A stretch of 64,000 bases of DNA from Camelus ferus (GCF_009834535.1 NC_045696.1:52640001-52704000); one strand, 5' to 3'. Numbered from the stretch's first letter, positions 14,015-27,364 are shown. Notes: generated by a model not told the origin, from the sequence alone. Numbers and translations are program-made.

Positions 14015-15475
14015 AAAAGACAACCTATGTTATCTGAAGCAATATTTGCAAACCATATATCCGATAAAGGGTTAATACCCAAAAATATATTAATAACTCA
14101 TGCAGCTCAATAGCAGAAAAACAAATAACACAACTACAAAATGGGCAAAGGACCTGAAGAGACATTTCTTCAAAGAAGATGAAAGGCCAACACATACATG
14201 AAAAGGTGATCAACATCACTAGTCATTAGGGAAATGCAAATTAAGACCACAATGAGATAACACTTCATGCTTGTTAGAATGCCATCATCAAAAAGACAAG
14301 AGATAACAAATGCTGGCAAGGATGTGGAGAAAAGGCAACCCTTGTGCACTGTTAGTAGGGTTGTAAATTGGTATAGTCATTATGGAAAATAGAATGGATA
14401 AATTCTCAAAAAAGTAAAAATGGAACTACCATATGATCTAGTAATTTCACCTCTGGGAATATATCCAAAGGAAATGAAAACACTAACTCAAAAAAGTTTC
14501 TGTACCCTTATGTTCTAACAGCATTGTTTATAGTAGCCAAGACATGGAAACAACCTAAGTATCCATTGATGGATGAATGGAAAAAGAAGTTGTGGTATAT
14601 GTAGTTATCCCTAGGTACCCCTGTGGGATTGGTTCCAGGACCCCTCTCAGATGCCAAAGTTCATGATTGCTCAAGTCCCTTTTATAAAACGTGTATGTGT
14701 ATGTAACCTATGCACTTCTTCCTATATACTCTGAACATCTCTAGATTACTTATAATACCCAACACAATGTAAATACTATGTAAATAGTTGTAAATACAAT
14801 GCAAAAGTTATATAAATAGTAGCCAGCATGTGGGCAAATTCAGGTTTTGCTTTTTGGAACTTTCTGGAATTTTTTAAAAAATATTTTTAATCTGTGACTG
14901 AATCCGTGGATGCAGAACCTTAGGATACAAAAGGTCGACTATATATACAATGGAATATTATTTAACCATAAAAAACAAAATCCTACCATTTGCGACAACA
15001 TGGATAGATCTTGAAGGCATTATGCTAAGTGAAATAAGTCAGACAGAGAAAGACAAATACAGTATGATCTCACTTACATGTGAAATTAAAAAAAAAAGTC
15101 ATAGAAAGAGGTCAGACTTGTGGTTACTAAAGATGGGGGCTACAGGAGGGGGAGCTGGAGGTAGGTGGTTGAAAGCTACAAACTTCCAAGGACTAGGAAT
15201 GTAACATACAATATGACGACTGTAGGCAACACTGGTGTATGATACAGAGGAAAGTTGTTAAGAGAGTAAATTCTGAGTTCTCATCACAAGGAGAACACTT
15301 TTTTCCTTTTTTTTTTTCTTGCTTTTCTTTTTGTTTGTATCTATATGAGAAGATAGCTGTTAGCTGAAACTATTGTAGTAATCATTTCACGATAAGTATA
15401 CATCAAGCCAATATGCTGTATGACTTAAACTTATACAGTGTTGTATGTCAATTATTTCTCAGTAAAACTGGGGAA
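14015..15475 (+). mobile_element. 5'-truncated L1 (L1MA-type): end of ORF2 plus 3' UTR, interrupted by a MER2-type element
   Basis: AATATTTGCAAACCATATATCCGATAAAGGGTTAATA, GGGAAATGCAAATTAAGACCACAATGAGATA. ORF 14950-15204 starts MEYYLTIKNKILPFATTWIDLEGIMLSEISQTEKDKY, the L1 ORF2 C-terminus. Ends TGTCAATTATTTCTCAGTAAAACTGG. Confidence 0.95.
14602..14941. mobile_element. MER2-type Tigger (TcMar) element inserted at a TA inside the L1
   Basis: TAGTTATCCCTAGGTACC..GGGATTGGTTCCAGGACCCC...GAATCCGTGGATGCAGAACC..GGATACAAAAGGTCGACT; the L1 text TGTGGTATAT|ATACAATGGAATA resumes on both sides. Confidence 0.88.
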
Positions 15476-16329
15476 TAATGCAGTTTAGTCACTTGACATT
15501 TAGTGACTGTGAGCATGAGGCACCAGGCACTCTTCTAGGTATCGGAGCCCAGTGACTGAATCATAGACATGGGGTGTATACTCCACTGGAGTCATTTATG
15601 AGGAAGAAGGGGCTTCAGCAGTAAGCTTTGCTATTTATTTTTTATCTGGAAGATGTTTGGCTAGTTGTGTAATCAAAGAGGCTGCATTTTGCCTAATAAC
15701 ACTCTAGAGATGGCTGAGATGGGGAGGATACTGGCCATCAGCCTTCCACTCTTTGGTGCAAAGAATTGGGAGAAATATCCACAAAAAGGAAACTAAAGAA
15801 TTGATTTAAAAAGGGAAGAGAAAGATGCTTCTAAGGTGTGCTGGCATTGAAGGTTCTGAAAAACTGGGGATGGCCTTAGGCAGATGCAGGGATACTCAAG
15901 TGTTGGAACCTAACACCCCTATCCCCACCGTGTGAATTAGTTTCTCAAGCAAGTGACTAGAAAGCAAATGTGAGCTCCAGTTGTGGCTTTACTTTTCCTT
16001 AGCTCCTGGTCTGGACAAATTCCATAACCTCAATGAGCCTCAACAGCCTTATTCACGGATGAGGATGACACTGTTACTTAGACCGCGGAATTTTGTGAGG
16101 CTCGAACCCAGTGCCTAGCTTACAGAGCTAGCTAAACAAATGACAGTTTCTGCTGAATTATTGAAGGATGAGAGAGAGCAGTGATGAAAGGGAGATGAGA
16201 AGGTCTCCAAAGACAAACCTCAGTTCTGATTTTTGCTAAACTCAGATCTTGTCCCTCTTCTTGGAAACCAAACATGAATATTATTTAACTTAGATTGAGT
16301 CTCACACCCTATTTTTGTCTTTCCCTTTA

Positions 16330-16522
16330 CAGCAGTAATTCTTGAACTTTAGAGGACATGCAGCAAACATGGACACTTGTCAAAAAAAAAAATCCAGATT
16401 CCTGGGTTTAAACTTCAGAAACTCTGATGTGGTAGATCTGAGGCAAGTCCCAAGGATTTATATTTTAAAACGATACTTCAAGTACCTTTTATGAATATTA
16501 TAGGTGGATCCTACTTTGAAAC
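16330..16522. mobile_element. MER5-type hAT-Charlie element
   Basis: CAGCAGTAATTCTTGAACTTTAG...CAGATTCCTGGG...CTCTGATGTGGTAGATCTGAGG...ATATTTTAA...TACTTTGAAA. Confidence 0.75.
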
Positions 16523-17956
16523 CTGCAGAAAACTGCAAAGCAGAGGCTTCCTAAATGAATCCAGGTCACAGGATCAGCAATGCATCATAAATAGAAGGTG
16601 CAAGTGGAGGTTAACGTGCAGGGTGTAGTATTCACTGTATTCAGGAGAGGCCTGACTCAGGATGACATTTGAAATGAGTGATCTGATGGGTAGACGCCCT
16701 GCGATTTTTCAACATCTCAATAAAACAGTTATCAGTTTGGCTTTCTATATGTGATTTAAAAACCCAAAGATACTCCCAAATAGAGAAATATTTCATAGTC
16801 AGACGGGAGCCTGGATATGCCCTTTTTTTTCTCAGTGATTCGGAACCATGTAGATGACCTTAATCGTCTAAGTTTTTACAGTAATTCTAGGTTTCAGTAG
16901 GTTATTTCTGTAATCAAGTAACTATTCACAAATAACCAATTTCACAAAATTAGCAAGGCAGGAAACAAGAAAGAGCAGACTGCCATAAGTAGCACATGCT
17001 TCCCTGTAGATAATTGCTGAGGACTGTCTCCTCTCAGAATGTCAATGTAACCAAAGGAATCTATGGAGGAAAAAGAAACAGGAACAGTGATGGCAATGGA
17101 AAAAAAAAAAGTAGAAAGAACATCTCAAATAGAGTTAGCCACAGAAAGTCTCTTTAATAGTGACGGGGATACCGAGTAAATAAAAGCTTACTGGCAGTGT
17201 AATGCCATTTAACCCCAAGTTAAGAGCTGTTCTAGGAAAACGAAAGTTTGGATCTCTAGAATGCCAACATGGCTGGTTGAGGAATGAAAAATCAAATCCA
17301 TCAGGATTGTCTACACTCATGTTTTGCAGACCTTTTGTCTCTACCACATTCCAACATGTGACCATTTTCTGCTACAGTCCATGGGCTATCCCCCAGAGTA
17401 AAAGAAAACTTAGAATGGCATTATCATAGTGGTGTAGTAGACTGTTACACTGGTGGCCCCAGAAGACCCATACCACTCAGCCTTCAGCCATTGGGCAGTC
17501 CCCTCCCACATGGAGTAGGAGCTCGAAGATGGTGTGGTCGATGAGATATTAACAAACACAGCTCAAGCAGAGCTTGATAAATATTTGCACACTGGGGATT
17601 GTCTTTTGGAATGTTCACTTTAAGAAGTCAGCTGCCATGTTATGAAACAGCTCAATTTTGACTACTGAATAATGAGAAGACAATTAGAGAGAGGCCTTGG
17701 AGGACCATCTTGGATTTTCCACCCCCAGCTGTGCTCCCTGTCAAATGCAGCCACTTGAGTGATCTCAGCTCCTCCACATGGAGCAGAAGAATGCTCAGCT
17801 GAGCCAACAACCCACAGAACTGTGAGAAATGAAAGATTATTGAGTTCTTAAGCCACTGGGTTTAGGGTGACTGTTATGTAGCAACAAAACTTAATGTAGA
17901 ATTTGGTACCTAGAAGTGGGGTGCTGCTCTGAAACCTAAAGCATATGGCATTGGAT

Positions 17957-18520
17957 TGCTTTAAAATATACCTAGGATTTTTGTTTTTTAATTCAGGTAT
18001 GATGAGGCAAACAGATCAGAAGATGATTGCCATTGAACAGATAGTTTGTGCCCTCACAGTTTTCAAGAGGAAGAGGCATGCTACAGTATGCAGGGTCACA
18101 TGAAGAAGCACCAGGGTCTGTCAAGAAACAGGAATGAGGGAAAAGTATGGGTAAGAGCCTTTATGTGGTTTTCATGGGAAGGAGTGGGTAAAAAAGGTAA
18201 TCAGGCTAAGCAGGTTTAGGATTGGTTACTCTGAATAATATCAGCAGGCTTTTGGTATAGAAATCATCTTGAGTTGTGTGATACCTGGCCCTGGGGTAGT
18301 TAGGGCAGTGAGTGAGGTGTGAGAACTTGGTAAAGGGGGCAATTGGTAGGTGTGGGCTTTGGATTAGTTGCTTTGTATATGGAAGGTATACTTGCATTGT
18401 AGTCATTTGCTGTTTCTGGGAACTTGCTAGCCCTCAGAGGGGTCAGTCTCTTCTGGGTCAGCAAGGCCCCAAAATGTCAAATCATCATAAAATACAGAGA
18501 ACAAAAACATGATTAATACA
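17957..18520 (-). mobile_element. MER74-like ERVL solo LTR nested in the MaLR internal region
   Basis: Minus strand begins TGTATTAATCATGTTTTTGTTCTCTGTATTTTATGATGATTTGACATTTTGGGGCCTTGCTGACCC; TG...CA ends; flanked by GGAT(T) repeats at 17953 and 18521. Confidence 0.82.
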
Positions 18521-20248
18521 GGATTTGGGACTACACAGAAGACGTAGAAAAGTGAGGGAACTGAGCGGAGGCTGGAAGAACACTAGAATTTCTATTGGAG
18601 GCAAGGGGGAAAAGGACTCATGTTATACATTTTTAGACAAATGAAGGAAATTGTTACCTGTAGTAACTTCGAAGATAGAAAGATTGGATACTTAATGAGG
18701 TTAAGAGTTTAGCTAGAGAGATTTACAGACAGAATATTGAATGTCCCAAATGAATAGAAGCTAAAGAAAGTACTATTCAGATTCCAAGCAGAATTTAGAG
18801 GAAATATTTCCAACTCAGGGCTTTTTGGGTTATACAGTATAACTGTTTCTTATTTCCAGTCTCTTCAGTGGGTTAAACATTTTAAAGTAAGAATTTTCAT
18901 CAGGGATAAAAATCAGCTCCAACATGCTGTCAGTAAAATGAGGCCTGAGGGTAAATATCCAATCAAGGTTGCAGTTATCTGATCCTTTGTTTAGACCTCT
19001 GAAAGATTTAAGGCAATGCTTCATGGATTCTCTCACCTGGCAAAATCACTTCTGAGAATTTTAAGTGTATTTTACCACAACATACATACTCTCAGTTCAA
19101 ACTAAGGAGAAATCTGTGTCATTAAATTTGTGGATGTGGGCTTTTGTCTAATGGAATGGATTTTAAAATTTGATATGTAGAAAGTCCACAGCATTTTTAA
19201 AGAAGTTGTATTAGCTTAGACTCAGAGAGATAGGTCAAAATGAAAAGACATCTCTGAGCCACCAACTTACTAATGGCAGGAAGCCATCTAAGAGTGCTAC
19301 TCAGCTGCCAGTATAAATCAATAGTTATAGAGGGGAAGACCATCTCAGAAAGTGTAGCCAAGAACTTAGAAGAAAACGGAGTGGAGGAGAGCACTGGATT
19401 AAGGAACCACTCCTAAGGAGCACACAGCAAACATTCCCTGCCCCCAGGTGACATGTGCCTGCATGGATGACAGAATTGCTGTGGAGCAGTAACTGTATAC
19501 CCTCTGCTCCTCCACCTGCTGTCGTTTGTGGAAGGTATGTCTATTGAGGTTATCCTTTCTTATTTTTACCACTGAATGTTGGGTGTGTAGGGTAGTTAAC
19601 TTGTTTTAGTTCGTAGCTCTCTTAACCTGAAGAACCACACTCAAGGGATGTCATCTACACCTGAAACTGAATCTTATGATAAGATGCTGGACACCAAGCC
19701 TGAACCTGATGCAGAAATGATATTATGATGATATTATGTGGTCCTGGGAAGGAGGTGAGTCTATTTTAAATGCAGGAGGGACGTGAATCACTGAGGGCCA
19801 GAAGGCAGACTGTGGTGTTCTCTTTCATTGGTGGCCCCAAATGATTCATGCCTCTGGCTAGTGACCCCCCTCTGTAGCCCTCTCCTATGTGATTTCTGGG
19901 ATTGCTCATGTGACTTGTGTTGGCCAATTAGATTTTAGCAAAATGATACAAGCAGAGGCTTGATAAGCACTTGTACTCTAGAGCTTGTCCTCTTTGCACA
20001 CTCCCTCTTGGAGTCCATATTCCATATTGTGAAAATGCTCAGAGTAGACTACTGAGTAATGAGAAACTATGTGGAGAGTGGCCCTGGAGGATGAGAAGCC
20101 ACTTTGGTTGTTAAATATCAGTTAAACTATCAGTTAAATGCAGTCACATGAGTGACCTCAGTTGCACTGTGTGGAACAGGAACATTGCCCTGCTTTGTCA
20201 ATCAACTCACAGAATCATGAGAAATGATAAATCATTATTATTTTAAGC

Positions 20249-20449
20249 CAAGGAATGGCAAACTACAGCCTGCAGGCCAAGTTTGGCTCACTACCTATTT
20301 ATAAATAACGTTTTATTGAGACATAGTCATGCCTATTTGCTTCCATATCATCTATGGCTGCTTTTGCACCACAGTGGAAGAGACTATATGGCCCATAAAC
20401 CTGAAATGTTTACTAGAGAGTCTTTACAGGAAAAGTTTTCTGACCCCTG
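20249..20449. mobile_element. MER58A-type hAT-Charlie element nested in the 3' LTR
   Basis: TIRs CAAGGAATGGCAAACT / AGTTTTCTGACCCCTG; 8-bp TSD TTTTAAGC (20241-20248) / TTTTAAGT (20450-20457). Confidence 0.9.
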
Positions 20450-20929
20450 TTTTAAGTCACTAACTTCAGCAGTGGTTTGTTATGTAGCAGTAGATTAATA
20501 AAACATGTGTTTTAGCTAATGAAACTAAAGAAAAGTATAAATTTGCTCGAAAAGTTACAACAGAAGAAGAAAATGGACAAAGAGAAGTAAAGAGAGGAAA
20601 GGGGACAAAATGCCTAGTGAGGAAGATGAGATGTAGGGAAGAGATTTAATTAAAAACAAAAAGGATGAAAGGAACAGAGGAAAGGGAGAGAAAAGAGAGA
20701 AAGAGGGATAGATTTCCTCTGGGGTGAATCATATAGTCAAGAGTAGCGTTTGAACATTGGAATCTTTTGGTAAATAGCTAAGAAGTCTTGTTTTTGTTTT
20801 GTAGGTGGTCACTACTTATATTACAATGAGTGAAAGCATCAGTGCTGGTTGTCAGCACAACCATTTTCTATTAATCTGTGCCTCAGAACTGTGAGTTTTG
20901 TTAAGTGTATAATATGCTCAGCTTAGATG

Positions 20930-21710
20930 CTAATGACCCCTGACTACATTCAGCAAGGAGTAGGCATGTGTCTTAGTCCCTTTGGGCTCTTGTAACAAAA
21001 TACCATTAACTGTGTGGCTTATAAACAACAAAAATTTATTTCTCATGGTCTAGAGGTTGGGAGCCCCAGGATCAAGGCACCAGCAGATTGGGTGTATGGT
21101 GAGACCCTGTTTTTCTGGTTCGTAGACGGTGCCTTCCAGCTGTAACCACACATGGTGGAAGGACAAAGGAACTTTCTCATGCCTCTTTCATAAGGACACT
21201 AATTCTGTTTATGTGGACTCCACCACGATGACTAATCACCTCCCAAAGACTCCACCTCCTAATCACATTAGAATTAGGTTTTTGGTATGTGAGTTTGGGG
21301 GAATACAATCTGTACCCTCACATGACTGAGTTCTGGCCAATGGAGATGTAAGCAGAAATCACTGGTAAGGACTTAATGGAAAGCATTTTAAAATGACAGA
21401 CAGTTGGCTTTCACTTCCTTTTGCCTTTTGCTTTCTTTTGCTTTTTGCTTTTGTCACTTTGTTCATTCTTTTGCCTGGAACTTGGATGTGAATTGCATAA
21501 TCGTAACTATCATCTCCTAACCATGAAGATTGAAACTCTGAGCTAGGGATGGTGAAGCAGGGAGACAGAATGAGCCTAGGTCCCCAAGAGCACCAAGACC
21601 ACATCGTTCTTGGACCTGCGTAGTCTTTGTTATGTGAGAAAAATGAACCCCTTCTCTTTTTGTGCCACTATTTTTCAGGTTTCTATTACTTATAAATCAT
21701 AACTAATCAA
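20930..21710 (+). mobile_element. MLT1J-like LTR interrupted by an antisense MLT1A-like LTR
   Basis: CATGACTGAGTTCTGGCCAATGGAGATGTAAGCAGAA...GGGATGGTGAAGCAGGGAGACAGAATGAGCCTAGGTCCC...TTGTTATGTGAGAAAAATGAACCCC. Confidence 0.7.
20969..21320 (-). mobile_element. MLT1A-like MaLR solo LTR
   Basis: TGTCTTAGTCC..TGGGCT...TAACAAAATACCAT..ACTG.GTGGCTTATAAACAACA.AAATTTATTTCTCA...ATGACTAATCACCTCCCAAAG. Confidence 0.88.
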
Positions 21711-22133
21711 GATAACATCCTTGCCTTTTCTTAGGAATTCGATTCTATCTTCAAAAAGTTGGCAAATCGAAGGGTGAAGAGTTGGGCTACAACATGAGAA
21801 CTGCTCTTTTTTTCTCTTGAGCTATTGTGTTGATCCAGCTGTCTCTACTTTCATCATGTTGTAAATGATAAAGGATAAATGCATTCTTCTGATATTTAGG
21901 TTTGTTGGGAGTTAGATACAGACATTAGATTTAATTGCTGGCAAAATTACATTAGACTACTTAAACTAATGTATCATAAATTTTCCTTAAATTGCACATT
22001 CCTTTTAATCCACTAATAAGGTAGATGAAAGATTTTTGTAAGTTCAGTATGGAAAGATCTATGGTGCCATTAAAACAAAAACCCTGGGTCTGTTTTATCT
22101 TTTTTTTAACCTTTGAATTGACTGACCGAATTC

Positions 22134-22897
22134 TGCAATGACCTTCAAACTAATCTTCCCCTCCGGGATATCTCTTCTGACACCAACCAGTTCTCCAATT
22201 ATTTGACACCAACTCAGTGTCCAATATTTCAATTCAATTCTGACATTAACTATGCAGAGTTAGCCCACACTCTACAGGTTAAAAGCTCATTCTCACAAGA
22301 CTTCCCCCACTTCAGACACCAGTTGCAAATCCTGGCCCATCAGTACTTCTGACCAACCAGCTGTGAGTTGGGAGTTCCCACAACTCCTTCCTCCCATTTC
22401 AAAGTTTGTTAAAATGGCTCAAAAACTCAGAAAAACACTTTGTTTATGTCTACCAGTTTTTTTATAGAGGACAAAACTCAGAATAGCCAAATGGAAGTGA
22501 TGCTTAGAGCTAGGAATGGGGTGCAGGGGCTCAGAGCTTCCATGCCCTCTCTGAGCACACCACCCTCCCAGCTAATGGATCTGTTCGCCAACCCCAGAGC
22601 TCTCTGAAGCCCATTGTTCAAGAGTTTTAAAACCCAGTCCCCAGTCCAGAGTTTGGGGCAGGGGAAGAGAGAAGCTGAGTATCTCATCTTCTAATCACCT
22701 GTTTAGTATTTCCAGGTGACGAGCCTCCATCCTGAGCCTCACCCTAAATCACCTCATTAGCATAAACTGGACTGTGTTCCAAAAGGGTTTCTTTTGAATA
22801 ATAAAAGGCACTTCTGTCACTCAGGAAATTCCCAGGGTTTCAGGAGCTCTGTGCCAGATACCAGGAAAAGACTAAACGTACTTCTTATTATACCATA
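22134..22897 (-). mobile_element. MER21-like LTR
   Basis: TTCTGACACCAAC...TTCAATTCAATTCTGACA...CACAAGACT.CCCCCACTTCAGACACCAGTTGCAA...CACCTCATTAGCATAAAC...TCAGGAAATTCC.AGGGTTT.AGGAGCTCTGTGCCAG. Confidence 0.8.
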
Positions 22898-23426
22898 TCC
22901 CCCATTCATTTTTCTTCCACTAGCCAACCATAACAAAATAACATACACGCAAAATCTATCAAATGTTTTCCCAAGCAATAATGAGATGAGTCTGAACTTC
23001 ATAAAACCTTCAACTCTTACACCTGTTAGAGGAAGCAGTGGTAGCTAGTTTTTAAACTCTGTAGATAAACTGCATATTAACTATGCACAGTTGAAAGTCA
23101 CATACACCCCAGCTGACATTTCCACCACAAATTATCCATAAAGTTCAGGTTCTTTCAAGGCAGATGGAAAACATTCTGTACGAAAGAAAGTATAAAGGCC
23201 CTTAACCTGGGTCAGCCTACTCAGAGAGATGGAGTCCCTGAAAGATAGATCATCTGTTTATGAAGAGTGAAAATCTCTCCATCCTCAGCTTGTCAGATCC
23301 TTCAGAATCTTTGACATCTCTGAATAGCCCAGTTCAAGGCAGAAAAAAAATGATATTTCCATCTGATGTGGAAATTGACAGTTCTTTAGATTATAGAGAT
23401 GATTGTTTGAGTTCATATAGACTAAG

Positions 23427-23936
23427 GGTTACCCAAAAACTGGGTTTGCCTCTCATTGGGTGTTGAGCCAAAACACAAAACCAAGCCAAATGTCTGGAGA
23501 AGGAAGAATTTGTTATTACTTGGAGCAAATAAGGAGAATACCAGGGATCTTTCCCAAAGCAGTATCTTCCCCTAAACAGCCAAATTGGTGAAGTTGTCAT
23601 GCATATTCATGAGGGTCAGAAGAGATCAACATCCTTATCCCTCAGGTTCCAGCTGATCTGGTGATTGAGCGCTGCAGTCTGATCTTTACCATTGAAACCG
23701 AACTGGGGGTCTTTATAAGTGATGTATTATCTTTGCTATTGTTACTTTTTTTTTAATTTATTGTTGGTTTCTACATTCCTTTGTTCCCTTAAGATCATTA
23801 ATTACTGAGACTTGTTCAAGGACAAGCATTGTGGCGAGGCTTAGATCACAAAATAGCTTTGGCCAAAATTCTCTTCTGTTAAGAAGGCCATGTCTGGTTC
23901 TCTTTCTCCAGGGACTCCCTACCCTATCTGCTTACA
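23427..23936 (-). mobile_element. ERV1-class solo LTR (probably artiodactyl lineage; family uncertain)
   Basis: Minus strand begins TGTAAGCAGATAGGGTAGGGAGTCCCTGGAGAAAGAGAACCAG; 4-bp TSD TAAG at 23423-23426 and 23937-23940. Confidence 0.75.
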
Positions 23937-26900
23937 TAAGAATAGGAGGAAATCTATAAATGGGACAAAGCTTTATGTGGGCTGTGCTAACTGCCGTTCT
24001 GTCTAGAAGAAGCAACCTTAGAAGTTTGAGACTTTGAGAATAAAAGGCCTCTCAGGACCTTCAAGTATGTTAAATCTACTTCAGGGGAGCTGCCCGGACC
24101 ATGGATAGTTTCTGTATAAAGTGCTCTTCTTACTCGCACATCCGAGCTCACCACCTGCCTGAGTGCCTAGGCTGAAACTTTTTCTCTCTGACTTCAAGTA
24201 CCCCCAACAGCAGCTGCCTACCCTGACACCTATCACACCCTCACCTGCCCACCATTAATCCTTATAATCAGTTTCCTGCTCCAGTTGGTTAGATCTGACC
24301 TCACCTGACCTCAAATACCATCTGTTTCTATAGCAGAGCCTGAGGTACATGCACACTGTATGTTATAGCAGTGAGTCCCCCACCACTATCATTTAACTAT
24401 GAGAACGATAAATAAAAAGTAACATGCGTCCACACTCATGTGCACAAACAACATATACATGAACACACACCAACAGCTCAACACTGAAAGCCAATTATCA
24501 GATTGTTGTAAAGCTAATTCCTGGAAAACAGAGGTAATTCTGATCCTTGCCCTTTTCTTGAAAGCTTTAATATAAAGCTTTCTCTTTAGTTTAAAGTTTT
24601 TTCAGGAAATAAGTTTTATAAAATTATTTTTGTGTCTACATGTACCAAAGCACTCAGACAATCCTGATATTTTCATTCAAGTAAAGGAATGCACACAAAA
24701 CAGCTAGTAGATTACCAAATATTTAACTGTTTAATGAAGCGTTATATAGACCCGCCTAGAAAAGCTAAGGAGCACAATGCAATGGTAAAACTTGTAAAAT
24801 CTCACCATTATAGAAATATATGAAAATTAAAGCTGGATATACAGTAAAACAGAATTCCAGTGGGGGGAAAAAAATCAACTAACCCTTTTGAAATACATGA
24901 ACATAATAGATCTAGAATAGACGGTCTAAATATTTGGATGGGGATTTCGGCTAATCCCAAAATGCATAGGTAGAAACATATGTATGTTATTTATATACCT
25001 ACATAAATGTTAAAAAAAATACATGTGGAACTATTTTACTTCTGCTTCTATGTAAAATATAATTTATACCAGTATTCTGTTTAATGCTTTCAAAGAAAAG
25101 TAAGGCCAATTGGAAGGCTCATATAAATGTAGCAGAAAAAACTAAAGCACAGAAAAAAACTGGTTTTCTAATATGACATAATAAATAGGTAAGGATATGA
25201 AAAAGAATGATAACTAAAAAAGTTAAGTACCAGTTGCCTTAAAAATCTGTCACTAACAAGATAAATTGAAGAAAGTAAAAGTAGACAGAAACTAATGGCA
25301 AAAAGCAAGCTGAAGATAAACACTTGGGGAGATGAGTATTCCTAAGTAATCAGAATGAAAGAAATGCATCTGAGCCACAGAAGGCATAAAAACTAGGAGA
25401 CAGCCAACGCTTGGCAGTCTTGTCTGTGTAGCTTTACTGAACTGACCAAACACTGCCAATTTGTTTTATTTTGTTTTCAGCCATCGTAATGGATAGTTAC
25501 TGAGCAATTGATTGTATCATTGTGCAGTTGGTTGGATTTGGTCATTAAGATGGATGAAATGATTGGACCAAGTGTTCATGGTCTGGTGATCTTGGTCACC
25601 TTAATGACCCAGTGGTATTGACTGTGCAGAAACCCGACCACCATGCATTCTTTCCATCTCCAATTGGTATATTCCTATAATCCATGTACTGTCCTTAGAG
25701 CTGTTTCCATGCTGTCGCTATATTTTTTTAAGTCTCAGAGAACTAAGGAGCTGCTAAAGGAGATCTAAAATTAACACAAACCAACAACATAACTATATTA
25801 AGACATACAAATCTGTAAACATATTGTAGATAATGAATTCATGAACACCACCTACTACTGAGATGGTTTTTTAAAAAGGTACAAGATAAACTTTTCCTAT
25901 GAAATTTATTAAATTAAGGTTTGTAGATCCTGACATGCCTTCTTCCATCCCCCACGTCAATATAATTTTAGGTCAAACATTAAGTGTGAATTGGATTCTA
26001 GTAACTTCAGGGTGTGGTGCCCTGATCTCCTGACTACATTCATTAGTGCTACAAACCTACAGGCTTGGTCCTGGCTCCCATCCTGAGCCACTGCTGACTG
26101 AGGCCAGTGAGACATCGAATTAAATCCTGACCTCTAGACCTGAGGCCTAAACATCAGCTGTGGCTCTTGGGTTTTCTTTATGCTTTATAAGTATGCTTTG
26201 CTGCCTCTCAGTTATGAGTGCTGGAATTCCAGGTTGAGCCTTGGATGCCTGGCTTAAATGTATAGCCTATGTTAAAGTACTACCCCTTGACATACTGGAC
26301 CTGGCCATGTTATCTTATTTCTGCTTAACTTCGTCCTCCTTGGTTTGCAACCAGTCATCCAGAGACACTCATCCCCTCCCTACGACCATAGCCCCACTCT
26401 GAACTGTTGTACATCTGTTTGGGGCCTGGACCCCACCTGGCACCTGTCAGCTCTCCACTCCAGTTACTGGAGCCTTGCCCAAACACAGCCTTCTGGTGGG
26501 GATTCTACAACATATGGGCACATCTCCCAGAATCATGACTGCCACCTGCCTAGCTCCCAAGGGCTCACCCACTGCTGTGGCCTGTCTTCCCAGATTGGAT
26601 TTTGTGCCCAAGATTGCTTGAATTATGTCTGAGCTTGCTTCACAATTTCCAGCTGGTCTTTGTCCTTGCCCTTCCTGGTGCTAACTCTATAGTCCATCTC
26701 CTTGGCGCCTACTCCACTGGCCCAGCACTTCTAATATCTAATATGTTTCTCAGGCAAAACTCACTCACACCTCAACCTAGTGAAGGAAACATCAAACTGG
26801 GGACCAAGAAACCAGAGCTTCCAGCAATGTCTTAAACACTGGGCATTTTGACCTTCTTGGTCTTGGTTGTCTGACCTATACAATGAAAGGTGTTGGGGCA

Positions 26901-27364
26901 TATGATGCTGGAAGCTCCTTTTAGATCTGGTCTTTAACTGTAGGAGAAGGTTTAAGATTTGGTTTAGAGGTGTGAAGAAATAAAATAAGTGTGTATACAG
27001 TTGGTGTGAAACATTTCTGTTAGGATGACTCAAAAGTCAATATCATACATTCTGATTTGTTTCTATTTAGTATTATACCCACAATCTAGGAAAGGAACTA
27101 ATCAGAATGCTAGTGAAAAATCAAAAATTATATTACATTTTGAGTTATTTATTAGCACTGGTATAGAAAAAATAATGTAAATGGCCCTAAAAAGGTTAGA
27201 AAGATGACTAGAAAGGTTAGATTTTTGCCTACAAAAATTCCGTCAAATGTATCAAGGAAGAAAATTTATTCAGAACAGATGCTGTGCATGTGGGAAAGGC
27301 AGCATAAACATTGTCCAAACTATCCAGACACAAGTTTGGTAAATTTTTTAAATTAAGAAAGCAA

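Larger units (their letters stand above)
17433..20505 (+). mobile_element. Two-LTR MaLR element (MLT1G/H-like): 5' LTR about 17433-17900, internal region about 17901-19810, 3' LTR 19811-20505
   Basis: Two related LTRs share TGGTGGCCCC, CAAGCAGAG(G)CTTGATAA, GACTACTGA.TAATGAGAA, CACAGAA..TGAGAAATGA and TGTTATGTAGCA. Internal region begins ATTTGGTACCTAGAAGTGGGGTGCTGCT and ends GGGCCAGAAGGCAGAC. Confidence 0.88.

Noticed and set aside
14950..15204. 84-aa ORF as a host gene
   Set aside because: It is the C-terminus of L1 ORF2 running into the L1 3' UTR.
23427..23936. LTR as an interferon-inducible (STAT1 GAS) enhancer
   Set aside because: I found no intact TTCnnnGAA motif in it, and the family assignment is uncertain.
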